From IMG/VR virus record IMGVR_UViG_2563366906_000012: a stretch of 8,053 bases of DNA. One strand, given 5' to 3'. The number at the start of each line of letters is the position of its first letter. The first letter of the stretch is position 1. Made by a program: the position numbers and the translations under genes. Below the pieces are notes generated by a model that was given only the letters and a program-made list of their open reading frames with translations, was not told where the DNA came from and did not search any database. Of the stretch, positions 6,509-8,053 are shown in pieces. Source of the stretch: a virus (taxonomy: Duplodnaviria > Heunggongvirae > Uroviricota > Caudoviricetes).

Positions 6509-7066
6509 ATGCTGACAGTGCTGTTTTATGTGCTGTTGGGTTTAGGCGCAGCACACTTCATTTACGAGCGAATCATTTTGCCGTCCATCCGACTTCATTA
6601 TAGAAACCAATTGTTTGCGCTTCGTGATGTCGCTAGGAGGAAAATCATTGATGGAGGTTCCGATACTTCCATGCAAGCGGCAACACTTGTGCATGACTCA
6701 TTGAATAACGCTATCAATAGATTGCATTTACTCACGTTGCCAAACAAATTTCGTGCTCAAAAGCGTATGGCAGAAAACCATGCAATAAGGCAGAAAATTC
6801 GGCGTGAGATAGATGTTTTCAAACGCTGTGATGATAGAGAAGTTGTTGATGTACTGTTTAAATCCGGTCGGATACTTGAAAATGTACTGTTATTCAATAG
6901 CTTAATGTTATTGCTTTACATGTTTCCATTTGTCCTTGCTGTATGGTTCTGTGTTAGGGTCATAAAGACAGCAAGTAGTTTAGTACAGTGGGTCAAAGGA
7001 AGAGATTTAGAGGAAGCTATAATGCTGCTTCCTGATACTCAGGTTGAAAAGGTTGTATACGCATAA
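6509..7066 (+). CDS. Hypothetical membrane protein, N- and C-terminal hydrophobic helices flanking a charged central domain (cargo gene 2)
   Basis: 185-aa ORF with a strong SD (AGGAG 6499-6503, 5-nt spacer). Hydrophobic segments at about residues 2-24 (LTVLFYVLLGLGAAHFIY) and 126-152 (VLLFNSLMLLLYMFPFVLAVWFCVRVI), with a roughly 100-residue Arg/Lys/Asp-rich region between. It starts 20 nt after cargo gene 1, so the two are probably an operon. No recognisable family. Confidence 0.65.
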   Translation: MLTVLFYVLLGLGAAHFIYERIILPSIRLHYRNQLFALRDVARRKIIDGGSDTSMQAATLVHDSLNNAINRLHLLTLPNKFRAQKRMAENHAIRQKIRREIDVFKRCDDREVVDVLFKSGRILENVLLFNSLMLLLYMFPFVLAVWFCVRVIKTASSLVQWVKGRDLEEAIMLLPDTQVEKVVYA

Positions 7067-7134
7067 AAATCACCCCTTAGGGGGTAATGCCGATCAGTTA
7101 AGGATCAGTTGACCGATCCAGTGGCTGTGTAAGA

Positions 7135-7168
7135 ATCCGGAAACGCTCACTCGTTTCCGGATTTTTTT
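7135..7168 (+). terminator. Strong intrinsic-terminator-like hairpin inside the IS left end, immediately before the transposase ATG
   Basis: Perfect 11-bp stem ATCCGGAAACG (7135-7145) / CGTTTCCGGAT (7152-7162), 6-nt loop, followed by TTTTTT (7163-7168) and then ATG at 7169. Confidence 0.6.
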
Positions 7169-8053
7169 ATGCACATTGGACAGGCCCTTGATTTGGTATC
7201 CCGTTACGATTCTCTGCGTAACCCACTGACTTCTCTGGGGGATTACCTCGACCCCGAACTCATCTCTCGTTGCCTTGCCGAATCAGGTACTGTAACGCTA
7301 CACAAGCGCCGTCTTCCCCTCGAAATGATGGTCTGGTGTATTGTTGGCATGGCGCTTGAGCGTAAAGAACCTCTTCACCAGATTGTGAATCGCCTGGACA
7401 TCATGCTGCCGGGCAATCGCCCCTTCGTTGCCCCCAGTGCCGTTATTCAGGCCCGCCAGCGCCTGGGAAGTGAGGCTGTCCGCCGCGTGTTCACGAAAAC
7501 AGCGCAGCTCTGGCATAACGCCACGCCGCATCCGCAATGGTGCGGCCTGACCCTGCTGGCCATCGATGGTGTGTTCTGGCGCACACCGGATACACCAGAG
7601 AACGATGCAGCCTTCCCCCGCCAGACACATGCCGGGAACCCGGCGCTCTACCCGCAGGTCAAAATGGTCTGCCAGATGGAACTGACCAGCCATCTGCTGA
7701 CGGCTGCAGCCTTCGGCACGATGAAGAACAGCGAAAATGAGCTTGCTGAGCAACTTATAGAACAAACCGGCGATAACACTCTGACGTTAATGGACAAAGG
7801 TTATTACTCACTGGGACTGTTAAATGCCTGGAGCCTGGCGGGAGAACACCGCCACTGGATGATCCCTCTCAGAAAGGGAGCGCAATATGAAGAGATCAGA
7901 AAACTGGGTAAAGGCGATCATCTGGTGAAGCTGAAAACCAGCCCGCAGGCACGAAAAAAGTGGCCGGGACTGGGAAATGAGGTGACAGCCCGCCTGCTGA
8001 CCGTGACGCGCAAAGGAAAAGTCTGCCATCTGCTGACGTCGATGACGGACGCC
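7169..8053 (+). CDS. insG: IS4 transposase (DDE family), N-terminal 295 codons; truncated by the window end
   Basis: Hand translation from ATG 7169 gives an uninterrupted reading frame to the window end ([86 protein letters not shown] ... [15 protein letters not shown] ... [16 protein letters not shown] ...), which I recognise as IS4 InsG. It is absent from the supplied ORF track because there is no stop within the window. Confidence 0.9.
   Translation, partial: MHIGQALDLVSRYDSLRNPLTSLGDYLDPELISRCLAESGTVTLHKRRLPLEMMVWCIVGMALERKEPLHQIVNRLDIMLPGNRPFVAPSAVIQARQRLGSEAVRRVFTKTAQLWHNATPHPQWCGLTLLAIDGVFWRTPDTPENDAAFPRQTHAGNPALYPQVKMVCQMELTSHLLTAAAFGTMKNSENELAEQLIEQTGDNTLTLMDKGYYSLGLLNAWSLAGEHRHWMIPLRKGAQYEEIRKLGKGDHLVKLKTSPQARKKWPGLGNEVTARLLTVTRKGKVCHLLTSMTDA

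Larger units (their letters stand above)
7085..8053 (+). mobile_element. IS4-type insertion sequence, left end and most of the transposase; continues beyond the window
   Basis: From about 7085 (TAATGCCGATCAGTTAAGG...) the sequence and its translated ORF match what I recall of E. coli IS4 and its transposase InsG. The composition changes abruptly to GC-rich at this point. The exact left boundary is uncertain by a few bp, and the right end is outside the window. Confidence 0.8.

Noticed and set aside
6108-7066. Assigning the cargo genes to P2 tin or old
   Set aside because: tin and old encode substantially larger soluble proteins (Old is an ATPase-nuclease). These two products are small predicted membrane proteins without nucleotide-binding motifs, so they are treated as unassigned.
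7298-8029. ORFs 7298..7765 (-), 7537..7740 (+) and 7820..8029 (-)
   Set aside because: They lie inside the IS4 transposase reading frame (7169 to window end), which is open throughout and recognisable. These are shadow ORFs of a GC-rich gene.
1-8053. Initial impression of a P4-type satellite or PICI (integrase plus repressor next to a replication gene)
   Set aside because: The replication protein is an HUH P2-A-type initiator, not a P4 alpha primase-helicase, and the gene order int, C, cox, B, small ORFs, A matches the P2 family early region.
1-8053. CRISPR arrays, tRNA/rRNA genes, cos site, attP
   Set aside because: There are no regularly spaced direct repeats and no tRNA-like or rRNA-like sequence. 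attP would lie left of the int 3-prime end, outside the window, and cos would lie beyond the IS insertion. None can be supported from this window.

Overview
This window reads as the immunity/early-replication region of a P2-like (Peduovirus-type) temperate prophage. On the minus strand are a tyrosine integrase (1-981/1011) and a C-type repressor (1051-1344). A switch region (1345-1465) carries repeated CCTATATAGG palindromes, followed by a tightly packed, translationally coupled plus-strand early operon: cox-like (1466-1753), a small basic ORF (1756-1926), a P2 B-like protein (1923-2423), three small ORFs including a TraR/DksA-type C4 zinc-finger protein (3013-3237), and a large HUH rolling-circle replication initiator, P2 gene A type (3499-5778). 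After gene A, where P2 itself carries its tin/old anti-phage cargo, there is a visibly AT-richer block (5779-7066) with its own candidate promoter and two unrecognised membrane-protein genes (6108-6488 and 6509-7066). This is the most interesting part of the window and a candidate novel superinfection-exclusion or abortive-infection module. An IS4-type insertion sequence begins 18 bp after the second cargo gene (about 7085) and runs off the window end, with its transposase ORF open from 7169. Family assignments rest on reading the translated ORFs, gene order, sizes and motifs, with no database search; names are from recollection of P2 and coordinates of short motifs are hand-counted.
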